DNA from: an uncultured Chloroflexia bacterium
Lineage (GTDB): Bacteria > Chloroflexota > Limnocylindria > Limnocylindrales > CSP1-4
NCBI GenBank assembly: GCA_963707215.1
Contig: CAVPPB010000003.1
Location: forward strand, 1,152,001 to 1,216,000
Direction of reading: 5' to 3'
Length of the DNA stretch: 64,000 nt
The notes beneath the pieces were generated by a model that made no database searches, was not told the DNA's origin, and saw nothing but the letters and a program-made list of their open reading frames with translations. The position numbers and the translations under genes are program-made. This document shows positions 9,912-20,148 of this stretch, in pieces. Numbering within the stretch: the first letter of the stretch is position 1; the number at the start of each line of letters is the position of its first letter.

Positions 9912-10568
9912 CTAGCCGGCCGCCGCCCGGGCCGCCTCCCAGTCCTTCTTGAACTGGGCGATCCCCTTGTCGGTCAGTGGATGACGGACCATCTGCCCGA
10001 AGACCTTGAACGGCACGGTCGCGACGTGAGCCCCGGCCAGCGCGGACTCGGTGACGTGGCGCGGATGGCGGATCGAGGCCGAGAGAACCTCGGCATCGAG
10101 CTCATGGAACCGGATGATCTCGGCCAGCTCGCGAATAACGGTCATCCCATCCTCGTTGATGTCATCGAGGCGACCGACGAACGGCGAGAGCAGGCTGGCC
10201 CCGGCCTTGGCCGCCAGGAGTCCCTGGTTGGCACTGAAGATCAGGGTGCAGTTGGTGCGGATCCCCTCGGCCTTGAACCGGCTGATCGTCTCCAGCCCGA
10301 GCTCGGTCATGGGAACCTTGACGACGATGTTGTCGGCGAGCTTGGCGAAGTGGCGGCCCTCGCGGAGCATCCCCTCGACGTCGTCGGCGATGACCTCTGC
10401 CGAGACGGGACCCGGCGTGATCGCGCAGATCTCCTTGAGGACGTCGTCGTAGGAGGCGCCTCCGACCTTGGCATAGAGGGTCGGATTGGTGGTCACACCG
10501 TCGAGGACCCCCCAGCGGGCGACGGTCCGGATCTCGTCGACGTCGGCGGTGTCGATGAAGAGCTTCAT
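9912..10568 (-). CDS. tal: Transaldolase / fructose-6-phosphate aldolase (TalC/MipB type)
   Basis: MKLFIDTA, GVTTNP, VVKVP (Schiff-base Lys), NCTLIFS, SPFVGRLDD, ASIRHP, HPLTDKG. Confidence 0.93.
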   Translation of the reverse strand: MKLFIDTADVDEIRTVARWGVLDGVTTNPTLYAKVGGASYDDVLKEICAITPGPVSAEVIADDVEGMLREGRHFAKLADNIVVKVPMTELGLETISRFKAEGIRTNCTLIFSANQGLLAAKAGASLLSPFVGRLDDINEDGMTVIRELAEIIRFHELDAEVLSASIRHPRHVTESALAGAHVATVPFKVFGQMVRHPLTDKGIAQFKKDWEAARAAAG

Positions 10569-10750
10569 GGGCAGGCTCCTTGGGGCGGCTCGACGGCCGC
10601 TAGGGGTACGGCCCGGGCCGGGCGGACCGGCCGGCGACGATCGGTCGGCTGTCCGCGCATCGTATCGCGGCCGGCGCATCCCACGGGCCTGACGGCGTTC
10701 CCTCCCGGCGGGACGCCGAGGGTGGTCGAGTCGTGCGCCGGTCCGGGCGA

Positions 10751-11404
10751 TCAGAAGCCGAGTGGTTCGGCGACCAGGATCACGGTCGTCCGACCCGGAG
10801 CGTCGGCGCTCATCACCAACCTGGTGTGGATCGCGCTGCCGCGCCCGTACGCCTCGCGAGCACGAGCATCCTCGAGGGGCAGGACATGCCGTTCGATCCG
10901 CTCGAAGGCTGCGTCGAGGTCGGGCACGATCTTCTGGGCGCCCACGACCACGATGACCCGGGCCGCACCGGCCGCGATCGGTCCGAGCTGGGTCCCCGAC
11001 CGGGACGCCCAGACGAGCTGGCCATCCTCGGTCACCGCATTGGCGCTGTTGACGAAGACTTCTGGGGCAGCCCGGAGGCGCCGGATCTCCGCGGCCTGGG
11101 TCGCCCGGTCCAGGGCCATCATCCTGGGTCGCACCGGATCGTAGCGGCCGGAGGTCTCGAGCTCGGCGCGGATCCCGGACGCTTCCAGGGTCACCGAGGA
11201 GCCGGAGTGGACCTCAGTGCCGGCCGGCACAAGGTCGAGGACCAGTGCCTTCGCCTCCTCGGCGTCGGCGGCCACGCGCCCGTCGATACCGCGGGCACCC
11301 ATCGCCTCGGCGACGCGCTTCAGGAGCGCACGTGAGGCTGGTGTGGTGAATGGTCCGGTCGGCGGCGAGGTCGTCGGCGTCGGCATGTTCATTGGGGTCG
11401 GCAT
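10751..11404 (-). CDS. LUD domain (lactate-utilisation LutC-like) protein
   Basis: GSSVTLEASG, SANAVTEDGQL, VIVVVGAQKIVPDLDAAFERI, TTVILVAEPLGF. Confidence 0.8.
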   Translation of the reverse strand: MPTPMNMPTPTTSPPTGPFTTPASRALLKRVAEAMGARGIDGRVAADAEEAKALVLDLVPAGTEVHSGSSVTLEASGIRAELETSGRYDPVRPRMMALDRATQAAEIRRLRAAPEVFVNSANAVTEDGQLVWASRSGTQLGPIAAGAARVIVVVGAQKIVPDLDAAFERIERHVLPLEDARAREAYGRGSAIHTRLVMSADAPGRTTVILVAEPLGF

Positions 11405-11422
11405 CCGTTCTCATCACCTCAG

Positions 11423-11440
11423 TCGTTGCGTGCGCAACGA
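11423..11440. promoter_or_regulatory. Perfect 8-2-8 palindrome upstream of the LUD gene (putative operator)
   Basis: TCGTTGCG-TG-CGCAACGA, overlapping a minus-strand extended -10-like TGATATCGT. Confidence 0.55.
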
Positions 11441-11496
11441 TATCAGACGCGCCTGCATCCGTCGAGGGCAAGGGATCGGATCCAGGCGGCGCCGCG

Positions 11497-13206
<1,710 letters not shown>

Positions 13207-13267
13207 GGGCCTGGAGTCCTCCGGGGTTTTTCGATGCTACCGAATCCGAAGGTCCGGCGGCAACCGG

Positions 13268-14083
13268 CTAGCCCTCGAACGCGCCCGGCGGCGGGTCCCA
13301 GAGTCCCTCGCCCCAGGCTTCCGGGCCACAGAAGAAGGGCCGCCGGACCGGTCCCGGCAGCGACGCCGGGTCGATCGCCCAGGCTGCCAGCGCCTCGGCC
13401 AGCCAGGCCTCGATCTCGGCGAACTCTGTCCACCGCTCGAAGGGCCAGCCGTGCTCGAGACAGAGCCGGACAAGGGCCCGCTTGGCGAAGACGATGTCGG
13501 CATAGCCGGCGGCGTAGCGGTCACTCTCGCCGTCCCCGATGAAGACGACCGTCCGGCCGGCGGCCTGATGGGCGAGCACCCGGGCTCGCTTGCAGGTCCC
13601 ACAGACGAAGCACCGCAGGTGGCCGTTCGGGAACTCGATCCGCGGCGCCGATGTCCGATCGAAGCGCATCCTCGCGGTGACGATTGGGACGTCGGCCAGG
13701 CCCAGCCGTGCCAGGGCAGGCTCGATGAAGAAGCCGAAGCCGTCGCTGACGACCTCCACCGGGATCCCGGCCGCCCGGGCCCGGGCGACGAAGGCCGGGA
13801 AGGTCGGATCGGTCGGCTGGGCGGCCGCCGTCGCCAGGAGCGCGGCCGGGTCGGCCGGCATCCGGGCGACCTCGTCGATCATCAGCCGGCGCGAGCCAGC
13901 GAGGCCGGCGTCGTAGGCGGCGGCCTCGGCCTCCCAGACGGCCGGCGTGTGCTCGGCCAGGAGGACATCGCCGACGTCGGTCAGGGCGATGGTGCCGTCG
14001 AAGTCGACGAGGATCGCCAGGGGGACGGACGGAAGCTCGGCCGTTCGGTTCGGCGACGGGCGGCTCGGCGGCGGCTCGGTCAC
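13268..14083 (-). CDS. HAD-IB family phosphatase (MtnX-like)
   Basis: LVDFDGT, VVSDG, CFVCGTCK, FIGDGESD, ADIVFAK; GTG 14083 overlaps the upstream TGA. Confidence 0.88.
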   Translation of the reverse strand: MTEPPPSRPSPNRTAELPSVPLAILVDFDGTIALTDVGDVLLAEHTPAVWEAEAAAYDAGLAGSRRLMIDEVARMPADPAALLATAAAQPTDPTFPAFVARARAAGIPVEVVSDGFGFFIEPALARLGLADVPIVTARMRFDRTSAPRIEFPNGHLRCFVCGTCKRARVLAHQAAGRTVVFIGDGESDRYAAGYADIVFAKRALVRLCLEHGWPFERWTEFAEIEAWLAEALAAWAIDPASLPGPVRRPFFCGPEAWGEGLWDPPPGAFEG

Positions 14084-15081
14084 ACCGGCGAGGATACCCG
14101 GCGCCGGATGGCCAGCGGCACGACCCGGTCGCGACGGGTCATCAGGACGCCGGCCACGATGACCGCGCCACCCACCACCTGGACGGCCCGGATCGGCTCG
14201 GCCAGGACCAGCGCAGCGACGACGAGGGTGAAGGCTGGCACGAGGAACTGGAAGGCCGTCACCCGGCTTGGCCCCAACAGCTTGACCCCGTGGAAGACGA
14301 CGACGTTGGGCAGCCCGGCGGACAGCACGCCGGAGTAGAGGATCATCGGCGCCGTGGCCAGGATCGCAGGTCCCGGCTCGGCGACCCCCGCCAGCTGGAC
14401 GATCCCGAGCGGGAGGAGCACGAGCGTCCCGAAGAGGATGTTCCAGGTCGTCGTCCGCAGGGGCGAGTAGCGGCGCAGGATCCGGGCACCCCAGGCCGTG
14501 TAGATCGCCCAGCACAGCGCAGCCCCGAGGGTCAGCAGGTCGCCGAAGAGCGATGAGCCGAGCGACAGCCCCCCTTCGCCCACGATGAGGGCAACGCCGG
14601 CGAAGGCGACGAGGGCACCGACGAGCTTCGCGGGGGTCAGCGTGTCGGTTCCGGCCGCAACGGCCAGCAGCGCCGTGAGGACCGGAGTCGTGGCGATCAG
14701 GAGCGACGAGTCTCCCGCGGGGATCGTCTCGAGCGCGGTCATCCAGAGGATCTGGTAGAGGCCGAAACCGACGACGCCCAGGGCGGCCATGGCGGGGACG
14801 TCCCGGCGAGGCAGCCCGATGGATCCCTCGGCGACCCGGAGGATCGCCAGGAGGACGACGCCGGCAAGGGCGAACCGGAGTGCCCCGAAGGCGACGGGCG
14901 GGAGCGTCGCCACGGCCGACTTGGCGACGACGAAGTTGCCCGCCCAGAGCAGGACGACGACGAGGAGGCCGAGCTCGGCCAGCCGCCGCCCGGACGGCGG
15001 CGCCTCCGCGGTGACAGCGATGGAGCCCGCCGGTGCTCCGGCGGGCTCCTCGACTGCGGATCCCTCGGGATCGGGGCTCAG
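14080..15081 (-). CDS. DMT/EamA family transporter
   Basis: About 10 hydrophobic helices. First helix 'LGLLVVVLLWAGNFVVAK' lies upstream of the ORF-track start 14913; start uncertain (possible CTG at 15081). Confidence 0.85.
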   Translation of the reverse strand: MSPDPEGSAVEEPAGAPAGSIAVTAEAPPSGRRLAELGLLVVVLLWAGNFVVAKSAVATLPPVAFGALRFALAGVVLLAILRVAEGSIGLPRRDVPAMAALGVVGFGLYQILWMTALETIPAGDSSLLIATTPVLTALLAVAAGTDTLTPAKLVGALVAFAGVALIVGEGGLSLGSSLFGDLLTLGAALCWAIYTAWGARILRRYSPLRTTTWNILFGTLVLLPLGIVQLAGVAEPGPAILATAPMILYSGVLSAGLPNVVVFHGVKLLGPSRVTAFQFLVPAFTLVVAALVLAEPIRAVQVVGGAVIVAGVLMTRRDRVVPLAIRRRVSSPV

Positions 15082-15233
15082 AAGTCCTCCTGCTCCAGCT
15101 CGAGGGCCTCCTCGTCGGCCTCCTCGGTCAGCTTGAGCCAGATGAAGAGTCCGGCCAGCACGACGAGCGGGACGATGACGAGGGCGGCGATCAGCACGCC
15201 CAGGGCGATGCCGAGGACCTTCAGGGCTTTCAT
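15078..15233 (-). CDS. Small membrane protein, 51 aa, acidic tail
   Basis: MKALKVLGIALGVLIAALVIVPLVVLAGLFIWLKLTEEADEEALELEQEDF*; AAGGAG RBS; GC3-rich codons; below the ORF-track size cut-off. Confidence 0.8.
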   Translation of the reverse strand: MKALKVLGIALGVLIAALVIVPLVVLAGLFIWLKLTEEADEEALELEQEDF

Positions 15234-15258
15234 GGTCGGTCTCCTTGTGCGGCGGCGG

Positions 15259-15822
15259 TCAGCTCGCTTCGGTCGGGGTCCCGGCGGCCGGCGTCGGCGC
15301 GGGCGCGGTCGCGGGACGACCCAGGTTCGTGCCGCGCAGGCTCGGCGCCGAGGCGATCAGGCGGTCGAGGTCGTCGGTGGTGAACTCGACGAGCTCGTGG
15401 TGGCGGCCGGTCTGGCCGGCCATGAGCAGCCGGACGACGAACGCCCCGCCCTGCTCGAAGAAGAAGATATCGGTGGGATGCCGCTCGTCGAGGTAGCGCC
15501 CGATGACCCGGAAGGCCTGCTCGTGGCGGCCGCCCTCGGCCGGCGTCCCGTCGGGCCCGGGGCGGCTCCGTCGGGTCAGCGCCTCCTCCATGAACCGGGC
15601 GATGTCCTCGTCGAGGAAGGTCAGCGTCTCCTTGGTCTCCACGCCGATCGACTCCGACCAGGCCCCGCCGGCTGCCCCGGCCGTGACCAGTCCCTGGACG
15701 ATGAACCCGTCAGGGGCCTCGAGGAGGAGGACATCGCGCATCCCCCGCTGGTCGATGAACGCGCCGATCGACCGGAGGACCTCCTCGAAGTCCTGGCGCG
15801 GCGCCCCGTCGTAGATGCGCAT
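15259..15822 (-). CDS. Hypothetical protein with an internally duplicated domain
   Basis: GGGAGG RBS, typical codon usage, co-oriented with neighbours; the two halves resemble each other. Confidence 0.8.
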   Translation of the reverse strand: MRIYDGAPRQDFEEVLRSIGAFIDQRGMRDVLLLEAPDGFIVQGLVTAGAAGGAWSESIGVETKETLTFLDEDIARFMEEALTRRSRPGPDGTPAEGGRHEQAFRVIGRYLDERHPTDIFFFEQGGAFVVRLLMAGQTGRHHELVEFTTDDLDRLIASAPSLRGTNLGRPATAPAPTPAAGTPTEAS

Positions 15823-15858
15823 CCGGCCTCCCCTCGAGCCTCGCTCGTCGATGGCGGA

Positions 15859-16851
15859 TCAGGACCCGGTCGTTCGGTCGATGAGGCCCAGATCCTTCGC
15901 CCGGCGTTCGCTCATCCGGAACACGACCGCCGCGACGAGTGTACCGACGGCCCCGGTCACCAGCAAGGCTCCTAGGATCACGGACGGCTCCGGGGCCGGT
16001 GTTCCGGAGATCGCCGCCCAGGCCGAGCCCGGACCCCCGATGCCGGAGACCGGATCGACGAAGAGTGCCCGCCTGGTCCCCTCCACCCACCAGGCCAGGG
16101 GCGTGAGCAGACCCACGACCTGGAGCGCGAACGGCAGGACGGCGAGGGGGAAGATCGCACCCGAGACGAGGAAGAGCCCACCGGCCACGGCCTCCGAGTA
16201 CGACCAGGCCTCCTGGCGGGTCTGGAGGACGATCGCCGCCATCAGGACGCCGATCGAGACGACCACGACGACGCCGACCGCGCTCACCAGGCCGAGGCCG
16301 ACCCAGTCCACGGCCGCGGGATCGAACGCCACCCCCAGGAGGACCACGCCGAAGGCGAGCGTGATGACCGCGCCGACCGCTCCCACGAGCGCCCGGGCGA
16401 CGGCCCGGCCGACGAGGAAGAGCAGGAAGTCGGAGGAGCTCACGTAGACGTACTTGACCATCCGGTAGCGCTCACGGTCGTCGAGGATCGACCAGGCCAG
16501 GCCGGCGATGCCCGACACGACGAAGGCCCAGAGGGCGCTGCCGGTGACGACGTAGCTGCGGTATTCGCGGGTAGAGGCGCCGCCCACGACCTCGAGCATC
16601 GCGACCAGGATCAGGGCTCCGGACACCGGCTTGGCGACCGAGTAGATGAAGAACAGGACCGGATCGGTCCAGTTCGCCTCCATCGACCAGCCCAGGCGGA
16701 CCGCCGTGGCGAAGGTCCGCCAGGCCTCGCGCGGTCCGCCGCCCCGTGTCCGGTCGGGCGAGAAGCCTCCGCGGGAGCCGAGCGCCCCACCTGCGTCGAG
16801 CGGGGCGCCGGGGATCGCCGGCGACATGGTCGGGGAGCCGAGGTCCGTCAC
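15859..16851 (-). CDS. ABC-2 type exporter permease
   Basis: Six hydrophobic segments, SGAIFPLAVLP, PLAWWVEGTR; GTG 16851 overlaps the upstream TGA. Confidence 0.88.
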   Translation of the reverse strand: MTDLGSPTMSPAIPGAPLDAGGALGSRGGFSPDRTRGGGPREAWRTFATAVRLGWSMEANWTDPVLFFIYSVAKPVSGALILVAMLEVVGGASTREYRSYVVTGSALWAFVVSGIAGLAWSILDDRERYRMVKYVYVSSSDFLLFLVGRAVARALVGAVGAVITLAFGVVLLGVAFDPAAVDWVGLGLVSAVGVVVVVSIGVLMAAIVLQTRQEAWSYSEAVAGGLFLVSGAIFPLAVLPFALQVVGLLTPLAWWVEGTRRALFVDPVSGIGGPGSAWAAISGTPAPEPSVILGALLVTGAVGTLVAAVVFRMSERRAKDLGLIDRTTGS

Positions 16852-17795
16852 TGCCAGCGCACCGTCAGCCGACCGGCCTGCCGAGCCCGCCGCTCGAGCG
16901 ATCGGAGGCTGAAGCGGGCCGCCGCCACGAAGACGACCACCATGCCGACCAGGATGAGCGCCTCGATGGCCGGCGAGAGCAGGCCGAAGGTCTCGCCCCC
17001 GGCGAAGGCCAGCTGGCGCATCGCGTCGAGCCCGACGGCCAGCGGGATCGTGGCCACGGCCAGGGCGCCGAGCGCCCCGAGGCGGGCGACAGGGAAGTTC
17101 AGGCCGGAGACGAAGTAGACCGGCTCGACCATGGCCTGGGTCATGTGCCAGGCCTCGCGGCCCCACATCAGGAAGAACGAGGCCAGGACCATGCCCAGGC
17201 CGTAGAGGGCGGCCAGGGTCAACCCGAAGACCGCCAGCAGGAGGGCCCACTGGTCGACCGAGAAGCTGACCCCGAAGACCAGCGTGGCGATGACCAGGAC
17301 GGCCAGCGCCCGGCTCGAGCTCATGACCAGGCCGCCGATGGCCATCCCCAGGAGGACGCTCATGAGGTCCATCGGGGCGGCGAAGTAGAGCTCCAGGTTG
17401 CCCTGGTCGCGCTCCCAGTACAGCTGGGCGGCCATCATCCAGACCACGTTGAGCCAGAAGGCCGTCATCGCCCCGCCCAGGACGACGAAGCCGACGAACT
17501 CCTCGGGTGCCTGGAGGGCCCGGTAGACGAAGACGAAGGCCGATGTCGTCAGGAACGGCAGGAGGATCTCGAAGAAGACCCAGGACTTTTCGCGCAGCAG
17601 GCCGGTGATGCGCGGGTAGGCGCGTCCGCGGACGCTGCGCAGCTCGGTCAGCAGGATGTGGCGACGCGTCCAGTCGGCCGACGCTCTGGGGTCACCGGGC
17701 CCCTGCCGACGGAACGCCGGTCGCACCTCGGGTGGCATCGCCGGCCCGGGCGCGGTCGCGCCCGACGCCGACCGGCGGGTGGCGGAGGACGTCAT
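16848..17795 (-). CDS. ABC-2 type exporter permease
   Basis: ERDQGNLELYFAAP, SGLNFPV, PLAVGLDAMRQL; multiple TM helices. Confidence 0.88.
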   Translation of the reverse strand: MTSSATRRSASGATAPGPAMPPEVRPAFRRQGPGDPRASADWTRRHILLTELRSVRGRAYPRITGLLREKSWVFFEILLPFLTTSAFVFVYRALQAPEEFVGFVVLGGAMTAFWLNVVWMMAAQLYWERDQGNLELYFAAPMDLMSVLLGMAIGGLVMSSSRALAVLVIATLVFGVSFSVDQWALLLAVFGLTLAALYGLGMVLASFFLMWGREAWHMTQAMVEPVYFVSGLNFPVARLGALGALAVATIPLAVGLDAMRQLAFAGGETFGLLSPAIEALILVGMVVVFVAAARFSLRSLERRARQAGRLTVRWQ

Positions 17796-18979
17796 GGGCG
17801 ATCCTCGTCGCGGGTCGGCGGCTCCGTCCCGTGCGGTTCCTCGGCGACCGTCGGCGCCCGCCGGACCGTCGGCTCGGGCCCGGGAACCGCCTCGTCGGAC
17901 TCCTCGAAGCCCCGGCCGACCAGCTCGACGAAGACGTCCTCGAGCGATGGCTCGGACTTCTGCAGCGACACGATGCTGGAGCCCAGCGGGCCGAGCGAGG
18001 CGACGACGTTCCCCAGCGCGGCATCGTCGGCCAGGGCGAGGTTGACGACGACCGTCTGGCGGGCCTCGTCCGGCGCGCCGCCGGCGTCGGTCGCCGCGAG
18101 CGTCGCGCTGACCACGCCGGGGAGCGCTCCGAGCGCCACCGGCCCCCCATCGAGGCGGTCCACCTCGAGCCGGAAGATGGACTCACGCTGGACCCGGCGC
18201 TTGAGCTCGGCCGGGGTGCCGATCGCCAGGATCCGGCCATGGTCGACGATGGCCAGGCGGTCGCAGAGCTCATCGGCCTCGGCCATGTAGTGGGTCGTCA
18301 GGAGGATCGTCCGGCCGGCGACGACGCCGTGCCACTCGCGGACGAGCTTGCGCACCGAGCGGGCCGCCGCGACGTCGAGGCCCAGGGTCGGCTCGTCGAG
18401 GAAGAGGATCCACGGGTCGTTGAGGAGGCCCCGGGCGAAGTTCATCTTCTGGCGCTGGCCGGTCGACAGGGTCCCGACCTTCTGGAGCCGCTGGTCGGCC
18501 AGGCCGACCGCGTCGATGAGCTCGTCGACCCGGCTCCAGCCCTCCCGGCCGGGCAGGCCGTAGAACTGGGTGAACATCCAGAGCTGCTCGCGGACGGTCA
18601 GGATCCCGTAGCCGGACTGCTCCCCGCCGGCGACCATGTTCATGATCCGGCGGATCCGCTTCGTCTCCTCCACGACGTCGAAGCCGAAGACGCGGGCCGA
18701 CCCGGCGCTCGGTGCCAGCAGGGTGGTCAGGATCTTGATGAGCGTCGTCTTGCCCGCCCCGTTGGGACCGAGCAGGCCGAAGAACTCACCCGCGCCCACC
18801 TGCAGGTCGACCCCGTCGAGGGCGACGACGGGCCGCGGCTTGGCGTCGTAGACCCGGCGGATGCCGACGGCGTCGATGGCGGGCGGGCTCGTTTGGTCCA
18901 TGGATCTCGGTTCGCGGAGCGGATCCGGCAGCGGTGCCCGCTGGGCTGCGGGTCGTCGTGCCGAGGCGGCGGGCGACAT
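17792..18979 (-). CDS. ABC transporter ATP-binding protein (DrrA-like)
   Basis: GPNGAGKTT, LSTGQRQK, LFLDEPTLGLD, LTTHYM, EPSLEDVF. Start may be the later Met (MDQTSPP). Confidence 0.93.
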   Translation of the reverse strand: MSPAASARRPAAQRAPLPDPLREPRSMDQTSPPAIDAVGIRRVYDAKPRPVVALDGVDLQVGAGEFFGLLGPNGAGKTTLIKILTTLLAPSAGSARVFGFDVVEETKRIRRIMNMVAGGEQSGYGILTVREQLWMFTQFYGLPGREGWSRVDELIDAVGLADQRLQKVGTLSTGQRQKMNFARGLLNDPWILFLDEPTLGLDVAAARSVRKLVREWHGVVAGRTILLTTHYMAEADELCDRLAIVDHGRILAIGTPAELKRRVQRESIFRLEVDRLDGGPVALGALPGVVSATLAATDAGGAPDEARQTVVVNLALADDAALGNVVASLGPLGSSIVSLQKSEPSLEDVFVELVGRGFEESDEAVPGPEPTVRRAPTVAEEPHGTEPPTRDEDRP

Positions 18980-19111
18980 CGGGGCACTCGAGCGACCGAT
19001 CCCCCCATACGCCGGTCGCTCCGCACGATGGTGACAGCCAGGACGCGGATCCGACCCGGCCGTCCGGCCGGCGAAGCCTACGTCATCCGTCGCGTCGCGC
19101 CCACCCGGAGG

Positions 19112-20056
19112 TCACCCGCGGAGGGCGACCGCGAGCTCGCCGGCGACCCGGGCGTCCTCCTCGATGAGCGCCGTGTTCGCCCGAACGGAGGCACCGCCGG
19201 TCAGCTCGGCCACCCGGGCCAGCAGCCACGGCGTGAGGGCAGGTCCGGCGACCGCGGCCCGATCAGCTTCGCCGATGGCCCGCTCGACGGCGGCTTGGGT
19301 CACCTCGGCGGGCACGGCCACGGCCTCCGGGACGGGTGTACAAACGAGGATGCCGGAGTCGAGCCCGAGCTCGAGGTGGGTCCGGACGAGCCTGGCCGCG
19401 CCGGGGACGTCGGGGACACTGGCCGGGGCCGCGACGCCGCTCGAGCGACTGATGAAGCCGGGGACGTCGGCCTGCCCCACGGCCACCACCGGCACCCCGT
19501 GGGTCTCGAGGTACTCGAGGGTGAGAGGCACGTCGAGGATCGCTTTCGGTCCGGCACAGACCACAGCCATCGGGGTGCGGGCCAGCTCCTGGAGGTCCGA
19601 CGAGACGTCGAGCGTGGCCGCCCGGTCGCCGCTGCCGGGCCCCCCGAAAGCGCCTCGATGGACGCCGCCGATCCCACCGGTGGCGAAGACACGGATGCCG
19701 GCCGCGGCGGCCGCGATCATCGTGGCCGAGACCGTGGTCGCGGCCCAGCCACCGGCCGCCAGGGCTGCGGCGAGGGACGGCCGGGCAGCCTTGCGGACCG
19801 AGCCGGCCGGTGCGGTCGCCAAGGTCTGGAGCGCCGCCTCGTCGAGCCCGACGAGGATGGCGCCGTCGCGGATCGCCACGGTGGCCGGGACGGCCCCTGC
19901 CGCCCGGACAGCCGCCTCGGAGGCCTGGGCGACCTCGAGGTTGGCCGGATACGGAAGGCCGTGGCTGATGAGCGTGGACTCGAGCGCAACGATGGGATGC
20001 CAGCTGCCGATCGCACCGGCGACCTCGGGAGCGAGTCGGAGGCGGTCCGTCAGCAT
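19112..20056 (-). CDS. psuG: Pseudouridine-5'-phosphate glycosidase
   Basis: VALESTLISHGLPYPAN, ATTVSATM, FATGGIGGVHRG, DVSSDL, GPKAILD, LEYLETHGVPV, LTPWLL. Confidence 0.93.
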   Translation of the reverse strand: MLTDRLRLAPEVAGAIGSWHPIVALESTLISHGLPYPANLEVAQASEAAVRAAGAVPATVAIRDGAILVGLDEAALQTLATAPAGSVRKAARPSLAAALAAGGWAATTVSATMIAAAAAGIRVFATGGIGGVHRGAFGGPGSGDRAATLDVSSDLQELARTPMAVVCAGPKAILDVPLTLEYLETHGVPVVAVGQADVPGFISRSSGVAAPASVPDVPGAARLVRTHLELGLDSGILVCTPVPEAVAVPAEVTQAAVERAIGEADRAAVAGPALTPWLLARVAELTGGASVRANTALIEEDARVAGELAVALRG

Positions 20057-20148
20057 GGGGCAAGGGTAGCCGGGCCGGCGAGGTCCGGGGGGCGCTCGGT
20101 CCGCGCGACGGGGCTGCGTGGCCCATCGGGCGCGTCTACGCTGCGGCC

